This document shows, in pieces, positions 1 to 8,680 of a DNA stretch of 64,000 nt; position 1 is the stretch's first letter, and every line of letters starts with the position of its first letter. This DNA comes from an uncultured Cryptobacterium sp. (GTDB taxonomy: Bacteria; Actinomycetota; Coriobacteriia; Coriobacteriales; Eggerthellaceae): assembly GCA_964456695.1 (NCBI GenBank), contig CAYWAO010000005.1, forward strand, positions 19,905-83,904, read 5' to 3'. The notes beneath the pieces are model-generated. The model was not told where the DNA came from, did not search any database, and saw only the letters and a list, made by a program, of their open reading frames with translations. A program made the position numbers and the translations under genes.

Positions 1-146
1 TCACAGATAAATGAAATTGAAAATCAAGCGCAAATAGATGATCGAGACTATTCATCGTAAAAATCTCAAATCTAGACAATCAAAACAAGGCGACAGGAAT
101 ATTCACTGCCGCTTTCATGCTCGATAACAACCCGCATCGCTGCTGC

Positions 147-863
147 TTAGAGTCCTAAAGCCTTTTTCAACGACGAAACACGGCGACGGGATACAGGGAT
201 TTTTTCATCGACCCCATCAAGAGTCAAAAGCAAGGTGCCACCCGATTGAGGCTCGACTTCTTTTACCAACGCAAGATTTACTAGATAGCCGCGATGGACG
301 CGGAAGAAGCCGTGACCATCCAAGGTCTTTTCAAGCTGAGCTAAACTTACGGTAGAAAAGAATCTGTCGGTACCGGTTTGAAGATAGGCATAGTCATCAC
401 GCGCCATCACAAAACGGATGTCGTCGATGTTGATAAGAATCTTCTTGCCGCCCTTTTCGACAGGAATACGCTCAGCCTTTTGAGCCTTTGCATGCAACAC
501 CACATGCTCACGCACACGTGCAAGAGCTTGAGAGAGACGCTCGGTTTCAACCGGCTTTACCAAATAGTCAATAGCATTAACTTTGAAGGCATCCAAAGCA
601 AATTCGCTATATGCGGTAACAAATACTACGGCAGGAGGATACTTCAAATGCTGCAATGCTTCCGCAAGCTGAATACCCGTAGCCTCAGGCATATTGATGT
701 CAAGAAACATAACATCACAGGGATATTCTTTGAGCTTTTCGATTGCTTCGCGTACACTCGCCGCTTCAGCCACTACTTCTGTCTGATTCAGCTCACCTAA
801 TAAAAAACGCAATTCGGAACGCGCAGGTGCTTCGTCGTCAACAATGATCGCCTTCAGCAACAC
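147..863 (-). CDS. LytR/AlgR-family response regulator (receiver + LytTR DNA-binding domain)
   Basis: 238-aa ORF. N-terminal receiver signature (IIVDDE ... DVMFLDINMP). C-terminal LytTR-like segment (FFRVHRGYLVNL). Confidence 0.85.
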   Translation of the reverse strand: MLLKAIIVDDEAPARSELRFLLGELNQTEVVAEAASVREAIEKLKEYPCDVMFLDINMPEATGIQLAEALQHLKYPPAVVFVTAYSEFALDAFKVNAIDYLVKPVETERLSQALARVREHVVLHAKAQKAERIPVEKGGKKILINIDDIRFVMARDDYAYLQTGTDRFFSTVSLAQLEKTLDGHGFFRVHRGYLVNLALVKEVEPQSGGTLLLTLDGVDEKIPVSRRRVSSLKKALGL

Positions 864-1153
864 AGCCTCCTCATCTCAGTTTCAAGAATCAGAACCATTA
901 TAAACCACTTGTTACATTTGTCTCACGTTTTACCAAAAGGAATGAAGAATCGATGAACCTCGCTAAGGCAGCCACCACCGCACCGGCACTTCAGGCAAAC
1001 CACACCTAGATCACCCTCACACCACTGAACTACGCACCTAATCCACGAGCTGAAGTACATCTACGAAACACATGTATCCGCTATACACATGCATACACAC
1101 AGCCTCGCAAGAGCGAGCTTAAAAACATGCCCTATCGGAAACGCATGTTATAT

Positions 1154-2461
1154 TTACATGTGTACGCAATCATAGAGGTAGAGCGTTACCCGCGTTCCTT
1201 TTCCGAGCTCGCTTTCAATATTCATGTATGCTTCTTCACCGTAATAGCCGCGCAAGCGATCGTTGACGTTTTTAACCGCAATGCCCAAGCCTGTCTGCGA
1301 CTGAGGATTCATGATGTTGCGCACTGTTTCTTCATCCATGCCAATTCCGTCATCAGAAACATGCAGATACACATTGTCACCTTCCATTTCGGCAGAAATT
1401 TTGATGGTGAGCTTCCTTTCGGCAGACATGGCGTGCTTGACTGAATTTTCTACCAACGGCTGAACCATAAACGCCGGTACTGACACCGCTCTAATTTCTT
1501 CACTCACATCAACCTCTACCGCAAGACGATCTTCGCCGAAACGCGCTTGCTCAAGTGAGAGATAGCGCACCGTTTGCTCGATTTCACGAGACAGGGGAAT
1601 CAGATCTGAACTGTTTTCGAGCGTCTGGCGGTAAAACACAGCAAATTCACGCAACATTTCACGCGCTTTTGCAGGATCAGTACGCACAAGCGAAGCGATG
1701 GTATTGATGATATTAAACAAAAAATGAGGGTTGATCTGACTTTGCAGCGCCTTGAACTCCATGCTGGCTGCCAGCTTTTTCTGCTCCTCCAACTCCATTG
1801 CTGCAATCTGGGTAGAAATAAGTTGACCAAACCCTTCAGCAATTGATACCTGCGTTTCATTAATACGAGAGGCTTTAGGATAGTAGAATTTCAAAGTGCC
1901 CCAAATGGTTTTACCCACCTTAAGAGGCACAATGATGCCCGCTTGAATATTACGAACCGCTTCGGGAAATCCTGCTTCGGCTTGTGTTTTAAATACTCGC
2001 GTCATACCATCGCTAATGGTGTGTTTCGTGCCTCCGGTATGGATACTTCCTCCAACTTTTCCAAGCTTGTCTGCATCCGCACCATAGTAGCCAAGCACGA
2101 TCTCACGATCAGTTATGGCCACCGCAGAAGCGGAAGTGGAAGGAAGCAATACTTCGCAGACACGCTGAGCACTTTCCTCATTGAAACCACCCTGCATAGC
2201 AGTCAGCGTTGCGCTTGCAAGACGCAATACTGAGTTTGACTGACTTGCGCGAATGCGATCAGGATCAAGCATCAAGGCAATGGTTAGTATCAAAAAAATC
2301 GTAAACAACGAGCCCGAGCCAACTAGCACCGTATAGTTATTTTCTCCGCCAAACATCGCCCAGCCCAAAATGCAACCACATAGCAATGCAAGACACAAAA
2401 ACAGAACCTCAAAATAGATGTAATAGGTATGTCGCACCATAACGTTTCCCTTTACCGTCAT
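1154..2461 (-). CDS. LytS/YehU-type sensor histidine kinase (TM helices, GAF-like region, His_kinase + HATPase_c)
   Basis: 435-aa ORF. Hydrophobic N-terminus. LQSQINPHFLFNIINTI phospho-acceptor motif typical of LytS-type kinases. C-terminal ATPase boxes (VENSVKHA, DDGIGM, GLGIAVKNV). Confidence 0.8.
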   Translation of the reverse strand: MTVKGNVMVRHTYYIYFEVLFLCLALLCGCILGWAMFGGENNYTVLVGSGSLFTIFLILTIALMLDPDRIRASQSNSVLRLASATLTAMQGGFNEESAQRVCEVLLPSTSASAVAITDREIVLGYYGADADKLGKVGGSIHTGGTKHTISDGMTRVFKTQAEAGFPEAVRNIQAGIIVPLKVGKTIWGTLKFYYPKASRINETQVSIAEGFGQLISTQIAAMELEEQKKLAASMEFKALQSQINPHFLFNIINTIASLVRTDPAKAREMLREFAVFYRQTLENSSDLIPLSREIEQTVRYLSLEQARFGEDRLAVEVDVSEEIRAVSVPAFMVQPLVENSVKHAMSAERKLTIKISAEMEGDNVYLHVSDDGIGMDEETVRNIMNPQSQTGLGIAVKNVNDRLRGYYGEEAYMNIESELGKGTRVTLYLYDCVHM

Positions 2462-2473
2462 CCCGTATCATAG

Positions 2474-3334
2474 TTACACAAACAGAGGAAGCAATTCATT
2501 TACCAACAGTACCACTGCTGAAAAGAGTAAAAATCCCCCAAAGATGAATCGAAGTTTACGCTCCGGAATCCGACGAATCAAATTAGCTCCGATCATAGCC
2601 CCCGGAATGCTTCCCATTACCATAGCAATGCCTGCAACATAATCGATGTTGCCCAACAGACCCTGCTCGACAACACCCGGAATGGCTAAAATGCTAACCG
2701 CCACTAACGACGTACCTGATGCTTGTCGCATCATAATGCCGAGCAACGAAACAAACAGCGGAACCATAATAAAGCCGCCACCAACACCCACATAACCCGA
2801 TGCCAATCCAGCAACAAACCCAATGGCAATGCAAAACACAACGCGTTGAACGCTGAGTAAAAATGACTGATCGGTCGTATGTGCGTCATGCGATGCCTGA
2901 GACTCACCTTTGCCCTGAGCATCATGCGAAACTTCAACTTCATCTTTGCCCTGGGCATCATCTGCGGGCAAGCTCAGCGCCTTGCGAAACATCGATACCG
3001 ATGAATATCCAATGATGAGTGATGCCGCGAGCATGATGGCCCACGACGGTGAAATAGAGGCAAGATACACGCCAACGGGACTGGTACAGGCGCCCGCCAA
3101 ACCACAAATCAAACCAACAGGAAGTATACACGTTTTATTTCTCAGGTGCGTGATACACCCCACCAAAGAGGTGGGGACAATCGCAAACAACGACGTTCCC
3201 GTCGAGCAAATAGCACTCATGTTAAAGCCTAAACGAAAAATAGGCACCATCAGAGTTCCGCCCCCAACACCAAGCAGGCCTGAAAAAATACCGACGACCA
3301 ACCCTGTCAGAGCTGCAATGACAAATGCTTCCAT
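2474..3334 (-). CDS. TauE/SafE-family anion (sulfite/sulfonate) exporter-like membrane protein
   Basis: 286-aa polytopic protein with two homologous halves carrying GVGGG motifs, split by an acidic His/Asp/Gln-rich loop. Confidence 0.7.
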   Translation of the reverse strand: MEAFVIAALTGLVVGIFSGLLGVGGGTLMVPIFRLGFNMSAICSTGTSLFAIVPTSLVGCITHLRNKTCILPVGLICGLAGACTSPVGVYLASISPSWAIMLAASLIIGYSSVSMFRKALSLPADDAQGKDEVEVSHDAQGKGESQASHDAHTTDQSFLLSVQRVVFCIAIGFVAGLASGYVGVGGGFIMVPLFVSLLGIMMRQASGTSLVAVSILAIPGVVEQGLLGNIDYVAGIAMVMGSIPGAMIGANLIRRIPERKLRFIFGGFLLFSAVVLLVNELLPLFV

Positions 3335-3350
3335 ACGCTGTTACGCCACA

Positions 3351-4694
3351 CTATTCTTCATCTTTTACATTGAGGCGAATCTCGCTGGTAAGTCCTGGAT
3401 CAACATTGCTTCGTGCTACTTCTTCTTGTTCTTGCGCCTTCACGCGCGAGAATTGAGCGCTAAAACTTACTGCTGGCTCAACAACAATCTTTTCTCCCGC
3501 CTGACGCGCAATAGCTGCCTGCACCAAGGCTTGACGCAGACCCGTATCGCTTTCCATGCGCGCCATAATATCACCCCAGATGTACTGGAATTCAAAGTAC
3601 TTCATGCAGTTGACGTGAGCATAGTCGGTTGCCTCACGTGTTGCGGCACGCGCACCTTCTCGATATGCTTTCTTGTCAGGACGCGCAATCGAGCGCAAAA
3701 ACGCCGTGCGCTTGATACGCTTGGTGATACCTGGCTCCAAAAACGGACCAGGATAGGGCATCAACGACGAGGGTTTTATCCGCATTAAGTCAATCTGAGC
3801 ACGGGTGAATTCAATTTTGTAGTACTCATAAATCCAACGAAAAATATCACGGTAGAAACGATGGCCTTCGTTTTTGTCTTTAGGAGGCAGGTGGGTAAGC
3901 GACCACTGATTATCAAACCAAATATCTGATCCATACATACGCAAGCTGAGCAGATAGTCCAAGTCCTCTCCGCGCATGATCCAAGGATCGAAACTAAGCC
4001 TGCGATATGTTTCGCGATGCAGTGCCAAACATCCACCACATACATGATTTGAACGAGAAAGGCGCGGACCGGCCATGGCTTTCGTGATCCAATTATTAAA
4101 CGCACGCCCTTGCTGCCAGTAGCGGTTGTACCAGCGATTCTGGCTTTTGGAATAGTAGGTTCCTTCGTCGTTGTAATAGAATCCTGATTTTGCAAGAATA
4201 GGAATGCCTTTCTTGGTCAGCTTTCCTAACCCATACATAGCCTTTTCAAGAAATTCGACATCGTCGATGACTTCGTCATCATCAAGAAACACCACCGAGT
4301 CAAAGCCTAAGACTTGCGCAACAACCAGCCCAAGGTTACGAATAGCGGAATAGCCCTGTAGACCAATACGATCAGTTTGTGCTCCGAATCCCAATTGCTC
4401 AAAGCGTCGCTGAATAATGTCCTCTTCTTCTTGGGCAATCGTCAAAATATGCATCTGAGGAAAACGATCGGTGATACTTTTAACTCGCGCCGCAGCTTCT
4501 TCTGCTACGTCGCCCTCGACTGCAATCAATAAAATGATTTGTCCAAGCCCTCGTACCTTTTGAAGCGATTTCAAACAACGCTCAAGTGTCCCTTTCTCAT
4601 TGAGCGGTGTGGGATGATCGTACAGACTTGACGCAACGCTACGCTTCCCTCGAGGAATGGTGTAAAAGACCGGAATTATTATCGCAGGATTCAT
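3351..4694 (-). CDS. GT-A-fold glycosyltransferase-like protein (specificity unknown)
   Basis: 447-aa ORF. Starts IIIPVFY. Acidic DxD-type motif (VVFLDDDEVIDD). No TM segment. The family assignment is by eye only. Confidence 0.45.
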   Translation of the reverse strand: MNPAIIIPVFYTIPRGKRSVASSLYDHPTPLNEKGTLERCLKSLQKVRGLGQIILLIAVEGDVAEEAAARVKSITDRFPQMHILTIAQEEEDIIQRRFEQLGFGAQTDRIGLQGYSAIRNLGLVVAQVLGFDSVVFLDDDEVIDDVEFLEKAMYGLGKLTKKGIPILAKSGFYYNDEGTYYSKSQNRWYNRYWQQGRAFNNWITKAMAGPRLSRSNHVCGGCLALHRETYRRLSFDPWIMRGEDLDYLLSLRMYGSDIWFDNQWSLTHLPPKDKNEGHRFYRDIFRWIYEYYKIEFTRAQIDLMRIKPSSLMPYPGPFLEPGITKRIKRTAFLRSIARPDKKAYREGARAATREATDYAHVNCMKYFEFQYIWGDIMARMESDTGLRQALVQAAIARQAGEKIVVEPAVSFSAQFSRVKAQEQEEVARSNVDPGLTSEIRLNVKDEE

Positions 4695-5033
4695 TGCTTC
4701 CCCTTACCATGCAGCTGCACGCGGCACTCTCACCGTTTCATCGCAACACAGCGCGCCTGCGCATCACATCCGATAAACGAGAGTCCTGCGCCTTATTGCT
4801 CAGTATTTATCACTACATAACCCTACACAATTGTACTCCATCGCTCCGGGCATCTTACAACTGTTAGCGACTCATGCAAAAAATCAAAATGTCTGAATAT
4901 CACAAGCGCACCAACGAAACCTCGAGCAACATACATAAGGGAATCCCGAATAAACCTAACGTCTACGGTTTAATTCTTGCAAAGCAACTCTTATGCGAAT
5001 TTGAATGCCGAACAAACCTGCGCACTGAAACAT

Positions 5034-6038
5034 TTAACCGCGACGGCGCGGATGTCCTCTTCTGCTGCGAATACGCAATGCTTCTTCGCGTCGCTCTTTT
5101 ACCTGCTGACTTTCTTCACAAAGACGACGATACGAATCAAGGCGCTGTTGCGCAAGGTTGCCTTGCTCTACGGCCTGCCTGACCGCACACCCTGGCTCAT
5201 TAGTATGCGTACAATCCCGAAAACGACAGGATTGAGCAAGCTCTTCAATATCTGAAAACGTAGCACCGATGCCCCCATCGGCATCCCATAAACCAAGTCC
5301 TCGAACGCCAGGCATATCGATAATGTTGCCGCCACTTGGAAGCGCGATAAGCTCACGCGACACAGTCGTATGACGACCCTTGCCGTCACGCTCACGCACC
5401 GGCGTAGTTGCTTGCATATCGTAACCCACCAGCATATTGACTAAACTCGACTTACCCACGCCCGAGCGCCCAATTAAAACTGCTGTTTTCGTTCCGATGC
5501 ATTGAGCAAGCGCATGAATGCTTTGAGGATCTTTATCAGAAACAAGAAGAACCTGGTCACGTCCCACCAGCCCTTCAACTTGTTCGCGAAACTCTGCAAC
5601 CCCTTTTTCCGATGTTACCAGATCGGCCTTAGTAAGCACCACAACAACCGCGGCTCCCGTTTCGTGCGCGAGCACCAATTCGCGCTCAAGACGACGAATG
5701 TTAATTTCTTCAAGAGGCTGCGCAACCAACACCAAATCAAAATTGGCAGCAAGCGTTTGAGGAAGCGCGCGCTCAGTAGGATCTTTTCTCACAAACGACG
5801 TCGTGCGCGGCAGGGTTTCTTCAATGATGCCTTTGTCATGCCCTTCGGGAAGAGAGATACGCACCTTATCACCCACAACGGCACGATACTTACTGTTCTT
5901 GACAAGCGAAATAGCGTGCTCACACCGAATCTCCTTGCCTGATGCAAGGCGAACTAAAGGAAAGTCGCGATCAAGCTTTACGACAATACCTTCCTGATGC
6001 GTATTTTCTTGAAGTTTCTTCTCTTTGCTCAATCGCAC
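5034..6038 (-). CDS. rsgA: Ribosome small-subunit-dependent GTPase A
   Basis: G-motifs in circular order (LTKADL, GRSGVGKSSL) and a C-terminal zinc knuckle (CRFRDCTHTNEPGC). The long ORF runs to 6128 but would overlap the upstream gene. A GTG/TTG start near 6032-6038, behind GAAAGGG, is more plausible. Confidence 0.85.
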   Translation of the reverse strand: MRLSKEKKLQENTHQEGIVVKLDRDFPLVRLASGKEIRCEHAISLVKNSKYRAVVGDKVRISLPEGHDKGIIEETLPRTTSFVRKDPTERALPQTLAANFDLVLVAQPLEEINIRRLERELVLAHETGAAVVVVLTKADLVTSEKGVAEFREQVEGLVGRDQVLLVSDKDPQSIHALAQCIGTKTAVLIGRSGVGKSSLVNMLVGYDMQATTPVRERDGKGRHTTVSRELIALPSGGNIIDMPGVRGLGLWDADGGIGATFSDIEELAQSCRFRDCTHTNEPGCAVRQAVEQGNLAQQRLDSYRRLCEESQQVKERREEALRIRSRRGHPRRRG

Positions 6039-6067
6039 AACCCTTTCATTACGCTCCACTCGAAGAA

Positions 6068-6706
6068 TTAGAGCATGCGCTCTCGGCAAATACAAAAGAT
6101 ACCCATCAGAATTGCACCCAGAACACATGCCGCAGCACCAGCGACTACAAAGGTATTATCAACCGTTTCAGTGTTTTCATACCCCTCTTGCACAGCAGAC
6201 ACTTGCTCAACATGAACATCTGAGAGCCCCTGATGATCTGCACATTCCAAATGATATGTGCCCGTTACCTGTATTTGCGTGCCCGTAGTTTCATACCCTC
6301 CATACGTGTCGATAATCTCAGAATCGCTCTTGCTCATATAGACTGCAATGACATTAGGAGCGTCTTCGTCATCCTGCAAGGTGATCCAACAATAGCTGTC
6401 TTTGAACTCGTCGTTAACGTAATCGCCCACCACTTCACCTTGCACCAACACAGTTTGGCCTTCATAGTATGAATCAGCTTCCACAAGATCGGCTATTGCC
6501 GTTTCGTACAAAAAAGAGCTGTCTGGCAACTGGTTGGGGTATACCTGATTGCCGGTACTATCATCAGATGATTCGTCAGCATACGCATAGCCTGATACAC
6601 TCAGTATCGTACAAACAGCCAACACAAATACCGCCACCGAACACAATGCACTGCGCACCAAGTTCGGCAGGCGTACGGATAAGGACAAGGCAACGCTGAG
6701 TTTCAT
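6068..6706 (-). CDS. Hypothetical bitopic membrane/secreted acidic protein
   Basis: 212 aa. N-terminal signal/TM segment, acidic beta-rich central part and a C-terminal TM anchor. Its start overlaps the trkH stop in an ATGA junction. Confidence 0.55.
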   Translation of the reverse strand: MKLSVALSLSVRLPNLVRSALCSVAVFVLAVCTILSVSGYAYADESSDDSTGNQVYPNQLPDSSFLYETAIADLVEADSYYEGQTVLVQGEVVGDYVNDEFKDSYCWITLQDDEDAPNVIAVYMSKSDSEIIDTYGGYETTGTQIQVTGTYHLECADHQGLSDVHVEQVSAVQEGYENTETVDNTFVVAGAAACVLGAILMGIFCICRERML

Positions 6707-8229
6707 GACTCTGACACCACCTTATCTTTAACAATTCCCCCGATTGAAATGCACACCTTTACGATGAGTACCAACAGGGCAATAAATTCAAGACGACCTG
6801 CCCACATCTCAAGAATATAGACAACTTCTAACACCGGTGGCATACCACGAGCAATGATACCTGAACTCAAGCCTCCATTTGATGCCATTGATATCGATTC
6901 AAAAATGGAATCGAGCGCATCGTAGCCGTGAGCAATACCCACGAGCGATCCGATCAAGTAGGTGAACACAAACAACGCCGAAACCGTGAGTGCAGATTTG
7001 GCAACTTCAGTAGTAAGAACCCGTTTGCCCAAGTGATAATACTTCACCGAAACACGAGCATTATTAGGAGCGAGTGTTTCTTTGATAGTGGACACAACCG
7101 ATCCTGCAATAAGTCCGAGACGAGAAAGTTTCATACCGCCAGCAGTACTTCCGCTCGATCCACCTACTGCCATCAAAATCGCAATAACCAAAAACGCACC
7201 CGAAGAAAACACGGTTACCATCTGGTTATTGGTTACAACCTGAAAACCTGTTGTCGTCGTTGCAGACACCACCATAAACACCCCGCGTCGCAACAGCGCC
7301 ATGATATCGGAAAATCCTCCCGAAGCGCACAGCGAGAGCATCAACACAAACGTGGTGATAAGCATCCACACCAAGCCGGTACGAATTTCATGGTCTTTAA
7401 AAAATGAGGTCGTGTCTCCTTGCCGTATTTTCACGTAGAGAGCAAAATTCACCGCACCGCTCAACATGAGTAACATACAAACAATCTCAACGGCAAACGA
7501 GTGGTAGTACATGACTGATTGGCTTGTAGGCGAAAAGCCTGCGGTCGTAAAGCCCGAAACAGCCATCCACAACGCATTAAAAAAGGCACGCACTGGTTCA
7601 AATCCACTCACAAGGCACAGCGCAAACAACACCAACGCTGCAATACTGATGATCACGAGCGCAATTTGACTGATCAGGCGAACCGTATTGACAATGTTGG
7701 GCAACACGTGTTCGGTACGCCCTTCGGAAGAATAGAGCCCCGACGCTGCCTTGCCAAACAGTCCCAATGAAAGCGCAATAACAATTAATCCCAAGCCACC
7801 AATAAGATGCATCGTAAAGCGCCACATGTTATCGGCATAGGACATGTGTTCAACATCTATCACCAACGTAGCACCGGTCGTCGTGAGACCAGAGGTTGCC
7901 TCAAACAAGGCATCAAGGTATGAGCCGTAATGACCCGAAAAAGAAAGAGGAATTGCAGCAATAAATGCCAGTACAATCCACGACAGCCCTGTCACGGCGA
8001 GAGCCTGTTGGTGCGTAAGGCGCCCGGGCTGAATGCGGAGGAACCGGAGAAGAGAACCAACAACAAGCGACACGCCCACCGCAAACAGATAGCGACTTGC
8101 TGGCTCCCACTCCTGGAACAGAAGCGCGACAATAAGCGGCACACTGAGCGCAGCAGCAAAAAACGAGATCAGCACGCCTAGGTAGTGTCCTATAACGCGC
8201 ACATCATACCAGCTAAATCGCTGCCACAT
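6703..8229 (-). CDS. trkH: TrkH/KtrB-family potassium uptake membrane subunit
   Basis: 508-aa polytopic protein with repeated pore-loop motifs (TTTGAT, TTAGFS, TTTGFQ, SNGGLS) typical of the Trk/Ktr/HKT superfamily. Confidence 0.85.
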   Translation of the reverse strand: MWQRFSWYDVRVIGHYLGVLISFFAAALSVPLIVALLFQEWEPASRYLFAVGVSLVVGSLLRFLRIQPGRLTHQQALAVTGLSWIVLAFIAAIPLSFSGHYGSYLDALFEATSGLTTTGATLVIDVEHMSYADNMWRFTMHLIGGLGLIVIALSLGLFGKAASGLYSSEGRTEHVLPNIVNTVRLISQIALVIISIAALVLFALCLVSGFEPVRAFFNALWMAVSGFTTAGFSPTSQSVMYYHSFAVEIVCMLLMLSGAVNFALYVKIRQGDTTSFFKDHEIRTGLVWMLITTFVLMLSLCASGGFSDIMALLRRGVFMVVSATTTTGFQVVTNNQMVTVFSSGAFLVIAILMAVGGSSGSTAGGMKLSRLGLIAGSVVSTIKETLAPNNARVSVKYYHLGKRVLTTEVAKSALTVSALFVFTYLIGSLVGIAHGYDALDSIFESISMASNGGLSSGIIARGMPPVLEVVYILEMWAGRLEFIALLVLIVKVCISIGGIVKDKVVSES

Positions 8230-8328
8230 TACTGATCATCTCCGACAATGAAGGACAGACACTGCACGCACCGCACACTAGCTGCTGATATGTTTTGGCA
8301 AAGCATTATCATCGGCCTCATAGCGCAT

Positions 8329-8487
8329 CTACCCAAACACAAACAAAAAACGAACGACAATCGTAATGATGTAGAGCAGCACAAGAAACGCAAGCATGCT
8401 GACCAGTACAGCACTAAACCCAAGAAATGGCACAAGAAAGCGCTCGCTCTTTCCCTCACGACCACGATTGTACTTACTGGTATTCAT
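8329..8487 (-). CDS. Candidate 52-aa small membrane protein
   Basis: ATG at 8487. Basic N-terminus (MNTSKYNRGREGKSER) followed by about 30 hydrophobic residues. No clear Shine-Dalgarno sequence. Lies between the clpB terminator hairpin and trkH. Confidence 0.25.
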   Translation of the reverse strand: MNTSKYNRGREGKSERFLVPFLGFSAVLVSMLAFLVLLYIITIVVRFLFVFG

Positions 8488-8508
8488 GAGAGCTATTCTA
8501 ATACAACA

Positions 8509-8555
8509 AAGCAGCGGTGAAACCACAGGGAACTATCCCTCTATCACCGCTGCTT
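8509..8555 (-). terminator. Putative terminator hairpin downstream of clpB
   Basis: Perfect 12-bp arms AAGCAGCGGTGA / TCACCGCTGCTT with a 23-nt loop. Followed on the minus strand by a T-rich TGTTGTATT. Confidence 0.4.
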
Positions 8556-8680
8556 ACATCTTGCATCATTAGACGAATAATTCACACCCGGCGCATACAG
8601 CCCTTGTAGTTTTTACCGGAACATCGGTTTCGGCATGTACGCGAGTGATCCTTATCGCTTGGTATACGCACGTGCGCGCT

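Noticed and set aside
378-800. 140-aa plus-strand ORF antisense to the response regulator. Similar long antisense ORFs occur at 2946-3788, 16632-17459, 49008-49418, 58010-58480 and 60152-60613.
   Set aside because: Each lies entirely inside a well-supported gene on the other strand and has odd composition (Arg/His/Cys/Ser-rich or repetitive). These are shadow ORFs typical of mid-to-high GC coding DNA.
8230-8680. Possible c-di-AMP (ydaO/kimA-type) riboswitch upstream of the K+ transporter gene trkH
   Set aside because: I could not find the characteristic pseudo-symmetric conserved ACGGGGA/CCCGAA-type cores. The only strong structure is a simple hairpin, better explained as the clpB terminator.
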